A stretch of DNA of 61,799 nucleotides, counting the filler, from Sphacelaria rigidula (lineage: Eukaryota), in the NCBI GenBank assembly GCA_964200075.2. It is 10 parts of 10 records of this genome, joined end to end, with 100 filler letters (N's around TTAATTAATTAA, not from the genome) between each part and the next. Parts side by side here need not be neighbours in the genome. Positions count along the whole stretch, not along the records: positions 6,192 to 12,282 come from CAXNAA020022299.1; positions 12,383 to 18,472 come from CAXNAA020022300.1; positions 18,573 to 24,662 come from CAXNAA020022301.1; 7 more parts are not named here. One strand, 5' to 3'. A program made the position numbers and the translations under genes. Shown piece by piece: positions 12,072 through 23,882 of this stretch (positions are counted from its first letter, which is position 1; the number at the start of each line of letters is the position of its first letter). The notes under the pieces were generated by a model. It worked only from the letters and a program-made list of their open reading frames with translations, ran no database searches and was not told the DNA's origin.

Positions 12072-12282
12072 GAGTGTGCGTGTGTGGTGTGTTGCCGTCC
12101 CATTTATTCTGGGCGCCAGTCTACCCCTTTCGGGATATGTGGGCGCATCAGCCGAGGTCACACAGGAGGAAGGTCAACACAGGAGCTTTGTCCTTTTTAT
12201 ATTTGCTTCTGGTCTTCTGCGGTGCTTGCCTGTTATTTTTTATCGCGAGAGGGGTTCAGCAGTCCCTTTCCCTCGTCGACCG
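12072..12282 (-). mobile_element. SINE family 1, truncated by contig end
   Basis: (GT)-rich tail and GTCACACAGGAGGAAGGTCAACACAGG..CCCTCGTCGACC body. Confidence 0.8.
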
Positions 12283-12382
12283 NNNNNNNNNNNNNNNNNN
12301 NNNNNNNNNNNNNNNNNNNNNNNNNNTTAATTAATTAANNNNNNNNNNNNNNNNNNNNNNNNNNNNNNNNNNNNNNNNNNNN
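12283..12382. other. Artificial contig linker
   Basis: N44-TTAATTAATTAA-N44. Confidence 0.99.
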
Positions 12383-12451
12383 CCCCGCCCGACGGGGGCC
12401 CCCCCCGAAAGAGGGGGGGGGGGGCCCGCCGGGTTTTCGGGGGATCGGGGT

Positions 12452-14590
12452 GGGGGGGGGGGGGGGCGTACTCATTGATTGCTTGCCTTAGTCGTTTGAC
12501 CGTTGACCACGCATCCCTCTCGAGACGGAGCACCGTTCCTACTCCAAATAGAGACACCTTCAACATTCCGGCGCTCATTACATTTCTTCCATATATTGCA
12601 CAAGAACCTTTCACATTTCTTATGCCGCGCCCCGGTGGTGAAATGGTCCGACTGTCACCATTAGGGTGGAGAGAACGGGGGTTCGATCCCCGACGCGTTG
12701 GGTTTGTTCTTCGTAGTGCATGATTTCCACCGTGGAAAGCGTGAGAACGGGAGTAGACAAAGTAGTCGTCTGAGTTTCTGTGACGAGAATTGACGCGATG
12801 CGGGAATGCTGACCCGATTCGCGAGACCAAAATGAAAGGTACGTACCGGGAGAAAAAGGAGTTGATCCCTTGAGACCACGGACTCCTCCCGAGGAATGGG
12901 AGAGGTTCAAAGTGTGAGGGGAAAAAAAAACAAGTCCTGTTTCGCCGTCTGTGGCCACCATCTATATCCTAGCATAACCATCGTTTTCTCCCTACTGTAT
13001 GATGCGTCAAACAATTTCATGCCACAATCATTCACGTCCCGGATTTCCCCCTCTAGCACGTCCTGTTCCTCCTTGTGTGATTCACATTCTGCAACTACAT
13101 GATTTCTGCTCTCTATTGCTTTGCGACAGGGGCAGTTCTGTGCAACTACTTCCTGCTTCACACCACTATTGGTGTACCTCTTTCTTTTTCTGGCAGGTTC
13201 AGGTCCCCCACTCGGACTCGTTGTTTCAATTCTTTCGCCACGTCCATTGGGCCATGCAGATATGCTTTCGTCCTTATCCCCTCTCTCAACCCCCCCCGTA
13301 TATCTCCAGGTGTTCTTCCTCGTCTACCTTGCGTCTGAGCGCTCCTCTTCCCCTTATTTCGATCATGTCTCTTACTTCAATCCTGTACCCCGCGCCTTCA
13401 CCTATGGACAGTATCTCGTCTTGGTTTCTTCCTATATCCTTCCATACTTGCTCCACTTCTTTACCCCACCTTATTCCAGCATGCCCTTCCGTACGTTTCT
13501 ACCATAAAGCCCTGTCAACTACAGCTGGCGATCTCCTTCTCTGCATGTTCTTTACGCTATATTGACACCCCAATTTCCTCATGTCTCTGTTCCATGCTAG
13601 TACATTCCAAACTCTGCTTTCAATGCTGTATAACTCGTCGTTTTCGAGCATTCAAGTATTCTTGGCTGCTGCCATCTGTACTTTTTCCAACTTCTCCACC
13701 AACTTCACGTTCCCCTCCCATACTTCTCCTGCATATTCCAGCTTTGGTACGATCACGATCACGATCACGATCACGATCACGTTCATCAGGATACATCTCT
13801 TAATTCTTGTGTCTAGATGCGAGTCTCTGACGATCACATCCATCCTTCCTATCCGTGCCTTACCCTTTGTAATTACTTTATTGATGTGCGCACCCCAAGA
13901 ACAGTTTCCTGAGATCTCTTCACCAAGGTATGCGTACTGGTCTACGATCGGCAGCTCCTCTTATCCTCACTTCCATTTGGAGTCGACCGGATTTTTCTTA
14001 TCTTCGTTACAGACGATTACCGCGCGTTTGTCAATATTCGCTGTCAATCTCCATTTCCTAGTGTATTCCAGCGCCTTTTCTATTTGTTGTTGCAATCCTT
14101 CTGTTGTTCTTCAAAATCCCCACAAAATTATCTGCGAATGTCAAACCTGATATCACACCTTCACCCAACTTGACTCCTTGATTTGCTGCTTCTATCGCTG
14201 ATATCAGGACATTAACGAATACCTTGAATAAAGTGGGTGATAACGTACATCCTTGTGCAACTCCTTGGAAGATATGAAAACCCTTCCATATTTCCCCGTC
14301 TAGTGTCATGGGACTTTTGGCACATTCAGTAATCTTCTTTTTACCATTCTCCACATCTTTAATCTGATCCCAGTTTCCCAGAACGTTTTCCACAGAGCCC
14401 ATTTCCCCCATATCGTGTCATGAGCCTTTTTCACGTTCAGAAAGTAACAGTACGTTGTCAGCCCGGTGTCTTTCCTACCTTGAATAATCTTACGTAGTGT
14501 GTACACACGGTCTACGCAACTACGGTTTGGTCTGAAACCTGCTTGTTCCTCGCTGATATTTTCGTCATTTCCTCGTATCGTTCCTACTCC
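12452..14590 (-). mobile_element. Decayed LINE (family A): reverse transcriptase to C-terminal CCHC region, ending in a poly(C) run
   Basis: EEQAGFRPNRSCVD, YFLNVKKAHDTIW, QGVAQGCTLSPTLF, FADN, VPKLEYAGEVW, CPC(x7)H(x4)C, FLCNIWKK. Stop TGA at 12474-12472, then GTACG and ~15 C. Confidence 0.9.
12629..12930 (+). mobile_element. SINE family 2 inserted antisense in the LINE
   Basis: Full-length homology to 7976-8294; A box, B box (GGTTCGATCCC), A-rich tail. Confidence 0.88.
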
Positions 14591-15390
14591 CTACGTGGCC
14601 TGTGTCGCTGGACCCTCTCTCGGCCATGGTGCGTACATTCCAAGTGGCCACCACCAGCTCTTTGGACCGAGACTCCGCCCTTGCGGTGGTGCGACGGGCG
14701 TGAGCCTGAGCCTTGACTGCTCTGTCGCCGGGCTGGTCTTGCCCTCCTTCTCTTCATTTGCTTTGCTATGTTCCTTTCCTGTTGGTATCTGATCCAGCGT
14801 TTGTAGGCTATTCTCTGTTTCCACGCACTCCTCTGCCTACACTGGTTCATGCCTCTTCGTTCCTGCGCGGGGTTCAGCGGGCCCCGTTCACGTCGACCTC
14901 CAAGTCGACCTTTGTGCTTACGCGCACGCCGCTGTCTACTCTCAGAGCTACGGTGATAATGCTTCCGGCGGTGGCGATGTTTAGTCGGATTAGCGGCCCC
15001 CGCCGGTAGGGGTAGGGCGTGTTCCGATATCATCGCCATGTAACAGCAGATGTACGGGTGTTATTCACCGTATGATGCAGTCCGTAATGCCAGTGCGGTG
15101 GGCATTCAATCCCACACCACTGTGGTGCGGAGCAGTACACAGTAGTAGGAGTTACTCTCCGCACAAGCCGAGTGTTGTACTTTTCCAGGGTTCGTTGTCT
15201 TCGCGGGCCTAAACCCTGGTCTCGGTGGTTAGGGTCTACGACCAGGGAAGAGTACCGACTGTATCACGGGTAATTAACACCGTACAGCTTGCGCGTGCGG
15301 GTCACTTTGACAGTGGGAGTCACCGAGCTCCCGCAAGGGCGTGGTATGAAGCAGTTCGACAGTAGGTGTCACCGATTCTACGTACTAGCC
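14590..15390 (-). mobile_element. 5' leader and start of the AP-endonuclease domain of an RTE-type LINE
   Basis: Minus strand ~14660-14590 reads ELVVATWNVRTMAERG, the APE N-terminal TWNVRT motif. The upstream boundary is approximate. Confidence 0.65.
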
Positions 15391-15994
15391 AAAATGTTGT
15401 GTCTTTCCCTGGGCCAATGCTGTCAGCCGACTCAACCCGGCCTCTACTCGAAGTTCGGGGATTTTTTTGCTGCAACACACTTTGAAATATTCCTCGAGCC
15501 TTGAGTTTGATCCCTGTTGTGTACGAGCTAGTCAGCTCTCAGGATATGTACTGTTTTGTGGCTGCCAGCTGCAAAAATAGATAATGGCTGCCAGCTGCCC
15601 ACGGGAAGCCATTTATCTGTAGCTCTCAGCTGTCCACGGGAAAACATGCATCGGTGGCTCTCTCCCTCCCTGCAGATCACCCACCAACCCCCCTCCCTCC
15701 ACCGCATGACGAAAAACAAGGCAATCGTTTGCGTAAAAAGTGGATCCATTTTTGTGTAAAGTTGGTCGGCCGACCGCTAGTGGCGAGTATGGTGGTGGTT
15801 CGACAAGGCCAGACGATGTGGGCAGTTACGGGATCTCGCAGGGGTCGAGAGACAATGGCTGTGCCATCCTGCCGCGTCAACCGGTTGCGGCAACCCGTGT
15901 ACCGGAGGCCGTCAAGACGGCAATCGCCAACATCGCGGTCCTGAAGGAACATCGGCTCTGCAAGGTCGGTCCCGCCAACCTCGAAGGCCAAGCG

Positions 15995-17794
15995 CGATAT
16001 TACAAGTATGGTGTACGCTTCGAAAAAGATCCAGACGCAATGGATGCCGGAGCCCGTGCAGATTGAGAAAAGCTTAAAAGGAAGCCGCAGAAGATCGCGT
16101 GCATGGCTACAGAGAGCTGTTGAACTACTTTGATATATACATTGGCCGGAAAATATGGTGAAAGAAGAGGCGACCCGGTATATATCCCTTCTGATACTTA
16201 TCTGGCCACCGTTGTGGTGCCCCCCATCCCCTTCACAGGATGTAATATACCTCCTCTGTGCCATAAGTAAAGTCCGTTATGATTACACGGGCCCTTAACG
16301 GTGTGATGTATGATTTTCGATCTTTTCATTGCATTCGTAGGCGTTTTTTGAGCTAAAATCAAGATTTTTTCTACAACGTGGGTGCTTGACTCATGCAGCC
16401 GCACGGCCGACGAAAAGTAGATCGGTCCAAAAATGGTCATTTTTCGCTCGTTTTCCCAGGAAAGCATGAGAGACTCGGAAACACGAAAAATCCCGAAAAA
16501 TGGGCCACATAATGTGAAAATCGCAAAACCACCATTGATTTTGGGCATGTCCGTGATTTTAACCTACGCACGCCCCATCCAACATTTTGTTAGCATGTAA
16601 TTGCTAGTGCTCGACGTGAAAACGTCCAAAGACGGCCAATGATGGGGTATGAATGAATCAAAATGGGTCAAAACGGGTTAAAATGGGGTATATTTCGACA
16701 TAATTTTGGTGATGAACACACTTTTTTTTTCGGTTTTTTTTTCTTCACCAGCTTCGTCTGCGCTTTACCTCTCTAACGAATCCGACCATAGGATGATCGT
16801 TAACGTTGGTATCCCCAAACGGTTAAACGCTCTTAATGGACTTTACTTATGGCACAGAGGAAGTATTTTAGCTAAACACCACGAAGGCATAAAACGTGGG
16901 TCAATGTGCGCCTTTTGGTACCCCTCTGGTCACCGGTGCTGTTGCTTATACCCTGGACAATACAACATGTTCCAATATGATACCAATTCTTAATATGGGA
17001 GACAGCGCAAACATTGTCCTTCCAATATACTTCATGTTGAGATGTCCTCGGAGACATTGGAGCAACAATATATATTTCTCGTGTCATGATCAAGTGATGC
17101 ATGGCAACATATATTGGACAGTCATTTGCTTCGGCAACAAAGCATTCAATATATCTTGTACAGACTGGCCGTGTATGCATTGAAGTGTCACTATATATAT
17201 TGAGTCGAAGCGATGCGTGGCATAGTGTTGCCACAACATATGTTGAACACAAACCATGTGAAAGTATTGTTTTCTAATATTATTGCGCACGCTCATCGCA
17301 TAGCTATTGGGCAGTCAATATATCTTGGACACGCTCCCCGAGGAATATATTGAGCGTTTTGGCACCTGGTGATACATCTTTCAACGGCGGCCGTAAACAT
17401 AAAACTGTTCACTATACTAATTCATATACACTTTCCAATATAATTATTGAATGAGTAATATAAATACGAAGTATATATTACCAATATGCTTGTGGCGGTC
17501 GGTTTCCTCGTGTACTGTTCGCCCAATATATATTCGCGCTTCGGGTTTCGAGTGTGTTGAATCGTCATTATATATTTACCTCGTGTGGCAGCCAATATAT
17601 TACTCGAAAAAAAAAATATATATATATATATTGGCGTCTTACCGCACCAACATATTACTGGGCAAATATATATTTTGAGGTTGCGCGTGTCGTGATATGT
17701 TGTTCGGTCGATATATAGTGCATATCGCGAGCCTTGGCATATTGGTGACACAATGTATATATTGACCTGTCTCTCGTGCCATCATATTGTTTGC

Positions 17795-17825
<31 letters not shown>

Positions 17826-17900
17826 TGCCCACCTGACGCGTCGACGCTTTGAGCAGGCAATATATATATATATTTTGTATTGTCCAAGGTGTGGAATATA
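15995..17900. repeat. Interspersed composite repeat with periodic CAATATATTG-type palindromes
   Basis: Collinear homologue in contig 5 (28290-28430 and 30064-30790). Confidence 0.75.
16250..16863. mobile_element. Stowaway-like (Tc1/mariner) MITE
   Basis: ~30-bp TIR C(C/T)TCCTCTGTGCCATAAGTAAAGTCC(G/A)TTA, TA on both sides (16248-49, 16864-65). Paralogous empty site near 30170. Confidence 0.92.
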
Positions 17901-18472
17901 CTGAGTTTAGTATAGAATCATATTCGCGCCAAATCCCAAGATGGATCACGAAGTAGGTGAGGGTGAGGGTATCGATCGTTTCACCGTGCTCCTGGGAATG
18001 TGCACACCGAAAAAATCATTCGCTGTACATAGCATTCGAGGTTTCGCATAGATTTTATACTTTAGTACGGACATATCTCGGTACGTCGTTGGATTCACGC
18101 GACATGGTATGTAATCAGTGATAAATATTTGCCCAAGCTGTAGAGCAGATGGGCAGTTGCCCCTTCACCCTTTTGGGACTGGGCCTCCAGAACGACCAAC
18201 AAGGCTGGATAGGAATGACGTGTCCTGCATCTGCATGAAACAGTGGCTTCATGTAGCTAAAAATCAATTTATGTATGTAACGGCGGGGTTAGATGAAGAC
18301 CGAAAGTTTCATCCAATCTATTTTCAGGTACAAACTGTCTGTACTATAATTCGGGTGTTGTGCGCATCAGGCAATGTACAGATGATAGGTCGCGGCGAAG
18401 AGCTTTCAACAGGATATGGTAACCGCCGCCCGCCGCTTGTGACCTTGGATATTGTCCACATCACCTTGCCAC

Positions 18473-18572
18473 NNNNNNNNNNNNNNNNNNNNNNNNNNNN
18501 NNNNNNNNNNNNNNNNTTAATTAATTAANNNNNNNNNNNNNNNNNNNNNNNNNNNNNNNNNNNNNNNNNNNN
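18473..18572. other. Artificial contig linker
   Basis: N44-TTAATTAATTAA-N44. Confidence 0.99.
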
Positions 18573-18832
18573 TGCGGACAGCATGGGAATTTCGGAATGC
18601 CTGTCAACCTGTTCGGGCAAACACGGGAAAATCCTGGCCACCTGTCAGCCTGTTCGGACAGCATGGGAATTCCGGGATACCTGTCAACCTGTTCGGGCAA
18701 ACACGGGAAAATCCTGGCCACCTGTCAACCTGTTCGGAAACACATGGGAAAATCCTGGATCTCCCGTCAACCTGTTCGGGCAAACACATGGGAAACTCCT
18801 GGCGACCTGCCAACCTGTTCGAAAACACATGG
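18573..18832. repeat. Minisatellite, ~39-42 bp units (CCTGTCAACCTGTTCGG...GGGAA...)
   Basis: About six units, initially alternating between two variants; runs into the contig edge. Confidence 0.9.
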
Positions 18833-19154
18833 TCTTGACATCTTGAACCTTCGTCCTCGCCCATTTTCCTGTATGCAATCAAATCCTGCTTGTTCGCTGT
18901 ATGGTGCAAGCATATATATATATATATATATGGTTCATACAACTTTTCATTCCTCCATTCGATGTCCGACTTGTATGTTGGCAACTTGCATAGTCTCCAT
19001 GATAAACAAACGAGTCGTTCATTACAAGCCAGCAACTTTCATCAGATTATTTCCGGTGTAAATCTCGGCAAAGGAATGTGTGGAACCCATGGACTCTCAA
19101 GACCAGAAGAATGCAGGCAGGGCTGGCTCCGGGACGGTCATAGCGCGCAGACAG

Positions 19155-19290
19155 GTAGACGGTCATTATCGAATTGATTGTCGGAGCACGCGCATGTAGA
19201 CGGTTATCTTTGAATGGATTGTCAGAGCGTGCACAAATAGACGGTCATCTTCGAATTGATTGTCAGAGTGTGCACGAGTATAGACCGTCA
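19155..19290. repeat. Tandem repeat, ~40 bp x3
   Basis: TAGACGGTCAT..TCGAATTGATTGTC.GAG..(T)GC.C repeated. Confidence 0.8.
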
Positions 19291-20727
19291 ACGGGAACTG
19301 ACGGAGCATCCGTCTGGTGGCCTCATGCAAACACATGAGCATGCAGCTTCACTCATAGCCGCTCAATCGTTGTGGATCTGGGTTGATTGTCACACTCATG
19401 AGTAGCTACATAAAAATTCGCAGGCGGGCACCAACAATAGTTGTTGACGAGCAACTGTTGCAGGCTTCATGCAGTCCTGTGATTCACCGCTGCGGGTAAT
19501 ATTAATCAAATAATGGTATGTTCAACAGTGCATCTGGAAACAAACATGCACGTACTCACAGTCGAATGATAAGCTAGAAGTACATGGTTGGGTTTGATCT
19601 CTTAGAATCGAAACAACTTCACATAACTCTCCATTCGTTTTACGCATGCATGGCTCGTTTATACTCTTCGAAGATGTCTACCAAAGGTGCAAACGATGAA
19701 ACAGGGGTACCACGTAGAGATTTCATCCATTTTCCATGACAAAATAGCATTTCGAGCATTAATGATTTGCCCCCCCTGACCAGGGGGTAGGGTGAAAACC
19801 TCATGTTTCGTTCATTCAAGCCTTGCAATTTACGGCTAATCGGTACCGTGCCTGGTGACATGTATGCAGACAGCATGACATTACGGTTAGACAAACAGAT
19901 TTCCGTGCATTAGCGGACGGCAGCGTAACAATGTCATTCTCTGTCAGTTGCATACACGGTCATGTACGAGGTGCGGTTATTAGGTGCACACGGAAACGAT
20001 CACACATGTATTGAAAGTCGTGAAGTAAAGTCAAAGCACATGATTGGGTCTGATTTCTTCAAAATCGGAGCAGACATAACGTAGTCCCGAAGTTCTCAAG
20101 CATGTGTGACTCGCCCATACCCTTTGGAGCTATCCACCAAGGGCAAAACTATCAATCAGAAAAAAAACACGTTGAAGTGACATTCAATTTCCATGACAAT
20201 ATCACATTTCTTAGCGTTGCACCGATTCTTAGAAAGAATCGGATTCAACCAGATGTAAGAGGCATGTTTTCATGTACTCCGTATCTTGATGGATTACTTA
20301 ACATCCTCACCCCTGACCGCAGGTACTAGCCAGTTCTTGCGATCAGCCCTCCGGGCGCGTATCTTCGTTCCGAATCAACGGCCCATCATTGTACTGTCCC
20401 CCTTCCACCGCATCACGCCGCGATCCGTAACATGTGAACCCAACATCCGTGATAACACTTCCGCACCACCCTCTTCCCAAGGTCCTGTGTTCATCCAGTA
20501 CATTTCGTGGACTCCGGTCTGGACAACTCGTCCACACACTCTCTCTCATACCTTTTTAGATCGCCCCTCCCTGTCTTTAACGGGGGACTGGCCGACCCCC
20601 ACCACGCCCACAGCCTCCTACAATAGATTATTTGCCTCTTCCAATTCCAATGCAACACCCCGGTCACTCATTACCCTCCTTCTTTCTACACTGACTGTGA
20701 CGCGCACCCGCGCAGGTACACAAGCAA

Positions 20728-23700
20728 TGTCTAATTCTCCGGCTTCGCTAGAGCTACGTGCCGATGAAGAAGGCACCTCCTCTTCCGAATCCGGTGAACC
20801 ACTGCTTGCGTCGGACACCATATTGCATGATCCAGTCATTGAAAGTGTAGAGGATGATGATGATGATGACCAATCTCAGTCGGGAGGGATTCCCCTCTCT
20901 ACGGTGCCCGACCTACAGCCGGGCCTTGATTTCCCACTGTATGCCGCCACCGCTCAAATTCTTCCCAATGACACTAGACACGTCGACTCTACTGCTAGTG
21001 GTAACCATTCGGTCCGTGATCATTCCCCTGCTGAGCCCTACGCTTCCGACGTCGTAGCCTCGATGAGTGGTCGTGCGTCGAAAACAAGCCCGTCTACGCG
21101 CCTACCCAAGAAAGCACGCGACAAAGCTAAGGCCCAGTTCAAACATAGCCGTTCCGCTGCTATTCCAGCCCACGCGTGGGAAAATTTTCCCGCGAGGAAC
21201 AAGCCGCGTACTGGGCCGACTTGTTGGCCCAGACAGTACAAGCGCAAGCAGAACGTAAGAATCGTGAAGCTTTCGAGCGCGCTCAAGAAATCCAGCGCGT
21301 CCGTCGTGAGGTCGAAACCAAACGCAAAGCCTTGGCGGACGGGCAGAACAAGGAAGCCCGCCTCCTCCGGCAAACCGCCAAGACCTTGCAGGCGGCTAAA
21401 GCCCAATATGAACAAGCTTTACAACAACACAATACGACGGCGGAACAATCTACGTATCGCATTTCCGTCACTCAATCCTCGCTCGACGAGCAGATGAGAC
21501 AATTACGTCTGCTCACCCGCGATCCCATCAACACTGAATCCGATTCTGATCACTCATCCTCTTGCTCACCTGCACTTTCCAACGCCACTCCGAATGTCGC
21601 CCCTCTCACAACGGGACTCCCTCCCATGCCACCTGAAACGATCACCCCCGGCGTTTCAACCACGCTTGGTGTGCCCCCCCAAGTTCCCCGCGGCAAAACG
21701 CCCCCAACATATGCCCCCACAGCGAACCAATCACTCTCCGCTAAACCCACTCACCCAATCCTGGTGCCTAAGGCTACTCGTTCCGACGGGCTTGATCTTT
21801 CTGGTGTAGAAACTTTGGCAGCTGTTCCCCTCTACGATTTTGTCCACGACCCTGACGCCCTCCTTACCTACGCGTATCAGGCACAGCGTCTCACTGTTCC
21901 AGTCACTGACGCTTCAATCAAGATCCTCAATTGGTTTCCGAGACACACCGAGACCGTAACGTTAGCAGGCGTCGTTCAATGCGTCCGATCCAACCCACGT
22001 TCCGAAATTAGTCTTGCGTTACGGCATGAATGCGTCGGGTCCCTCATCGGGCTATTCACGGAAATTGAGCAGGTACGCCTGACAGTACACGGCCCTGCTG
22101 ATGGCACGGACCGTTTATTCCCTACTATCACTAGTCACCTTCAGCCAGGTCACGTCGGGCTCAACTCAATGGACAGTGGCGGCAGTTGGACTGTTCAAGG
22201 GAAAGGGAAAAACCGTCTCGAGGATAGTGGTGAATCTCACATTTCGCAGCAGTCACGATCTCGCCGCCACCCTCGCCCTCCATTCGACAGTGAGTCGGAG
22301 CACTGACGAATCTCATAATGACACAAGTGCGACCGCCTCACGTCCGACGCCCCCCACTTTGAGCGATTTCCTTCCGCTATCATCCACAGTCGCCAAACAG
22401 CGTCACTCTCAGATCACAGTCAAACAAGCGAAGGATGCCACCAAACTTGCTAACCGCCGCGTACAGTTTGCCCCCTCGGCTCCCATCTCTCAATCCAGCG
22501 AACCTTCCCCCTCTTCCACGGACCGACAGGCACACATTCAGGCCGTACGCCACCAGTACAAGAACTTGGACCCGAAATTTGTAGGCAAAGTCAAGCCTTC
22601 ACTACCCTTTCCTGCCGGATGTGATGTAAGCCTTTCCTGCAGCCAGTTACGACAATCCCTCACTACTGTAGTTACTGATATCCTCTCACACTGCGACGAC
22701 ACATTCGTCGACCTTGAGACCAGTGATTGGGTAGATGGCTGGCTTCGACCTTTACAAAAGACTTTAGAAGATGCCATCGATTTCAGCTCTCCCGAGGCAT
22801 CTAAATTGTCCAATATGCTTGACCACCACTTCGCACAAGCCGCACGCTCCCTCACTCTCGGTAATGGCGGTTACACCGCTTTCACCCTCCTCCTCAGACT
22901 CATCAGTTCATCCCTGGACACCACCCACGAAGGGGAGTCACTTGAACGCCTACTCTCGTTTAAGGTACCCGTCGACACCCCTTTTGATCACTACCTCGAG
23001 GAATTTCGCACTTTCATTTCGGTTACGGTAAACGGTGGCAGCGAACCTGTCCCATCACAAGAAATGGTGATGAGTCTTTTCCGTTCCAATATGGGACGCC
23101 ACTACCCTAGCCTCATGCCCACCGTCTTTGTCGGTACCGCAGCGACTTCACCGGTCCCGTTTCCAACCTTGGACGCCATGTGGACGAAATTAGATGAACT
23201 TCGGTCCAACCGCACTCCGGCATTTGATGTGACGGATGCAAAACAGAGTGGCTCCTCCGCAACCCACAATGGCCCTTCTGTACGGCACAGCCACCATGCT
23301 TCCGCCACCCTTTTGCCTCACCCGGTTGACGCCCCACCTGCGTCTCACTCCCAACCACCGCCTTCTAAAACAAACCAACGCCCGTGGATTCCTGCGTCTA
23401 TGGCCTCTACTGGCGAGGTCATGTTCGCACACACCCCCGACGCATTCAACAGTCGTTTTCCAAGCTGGCCCTTCGCGACGGAAATTTGGCCGGAAGTGTT
23501 TCAGGTAAGCACTTCGATGAACACAACAGACCCCCCCCTCTGGGCGAGTACCGAAGACCCTAACCTTCGATCAGATGTAATTCGCCGCTGCAAAGATCAC
23601 TGCCTAAACTGTGGCATTTGGTTCAATCCTCAAACGGGGTACTCCGCCGATGGTCAAATTCCCACGCACTCGATGCGCCACTGCGAAGACCCGTTCACAA

Positions 23701-23882
23701 ACGCATTTGGCGTACTCAACCCCATGTTCTCCGAGCCGCAGTTTGCGCACTTTTGGCCCACTTGGCAAGCACGTATGCGGTCTTACCGTCGCCCTCAACC
23801 CAGCGGCGCGCGTAATTCATACCAACGCCCCCGGCGCGGCAATCGCCACTATAATGGTGACACTCTTGCCCCCCCTCAATAA
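20728..23882 (+). mobile_element. Gag-like ORF of a retroelement, split over three overlapping ORFs by two frameshifts
   Basis: Intron-less ~1050-codon reconstruction (ATG 20728; shifts near 21185 and ~22298): acidic N-terminus, coiled coil, P/S/T-rich linkers, helical capsid-like region (FDHYLEEFR), and an atypical knuckle CLNC...HSMRHC followed by a basic tail. No protease or RT seen before the contig end. Confidence 0.55.

Noticed and set aside
15300..15345. HDV-like ribozyme P3/L3 (GAC-TCCCACT-GTC, minus strand)
   Set aside because: No matching P1 or P1.1 GG could be placed. CTGANGA hammerhead cores noticed elsewhere also lacked the required stems.
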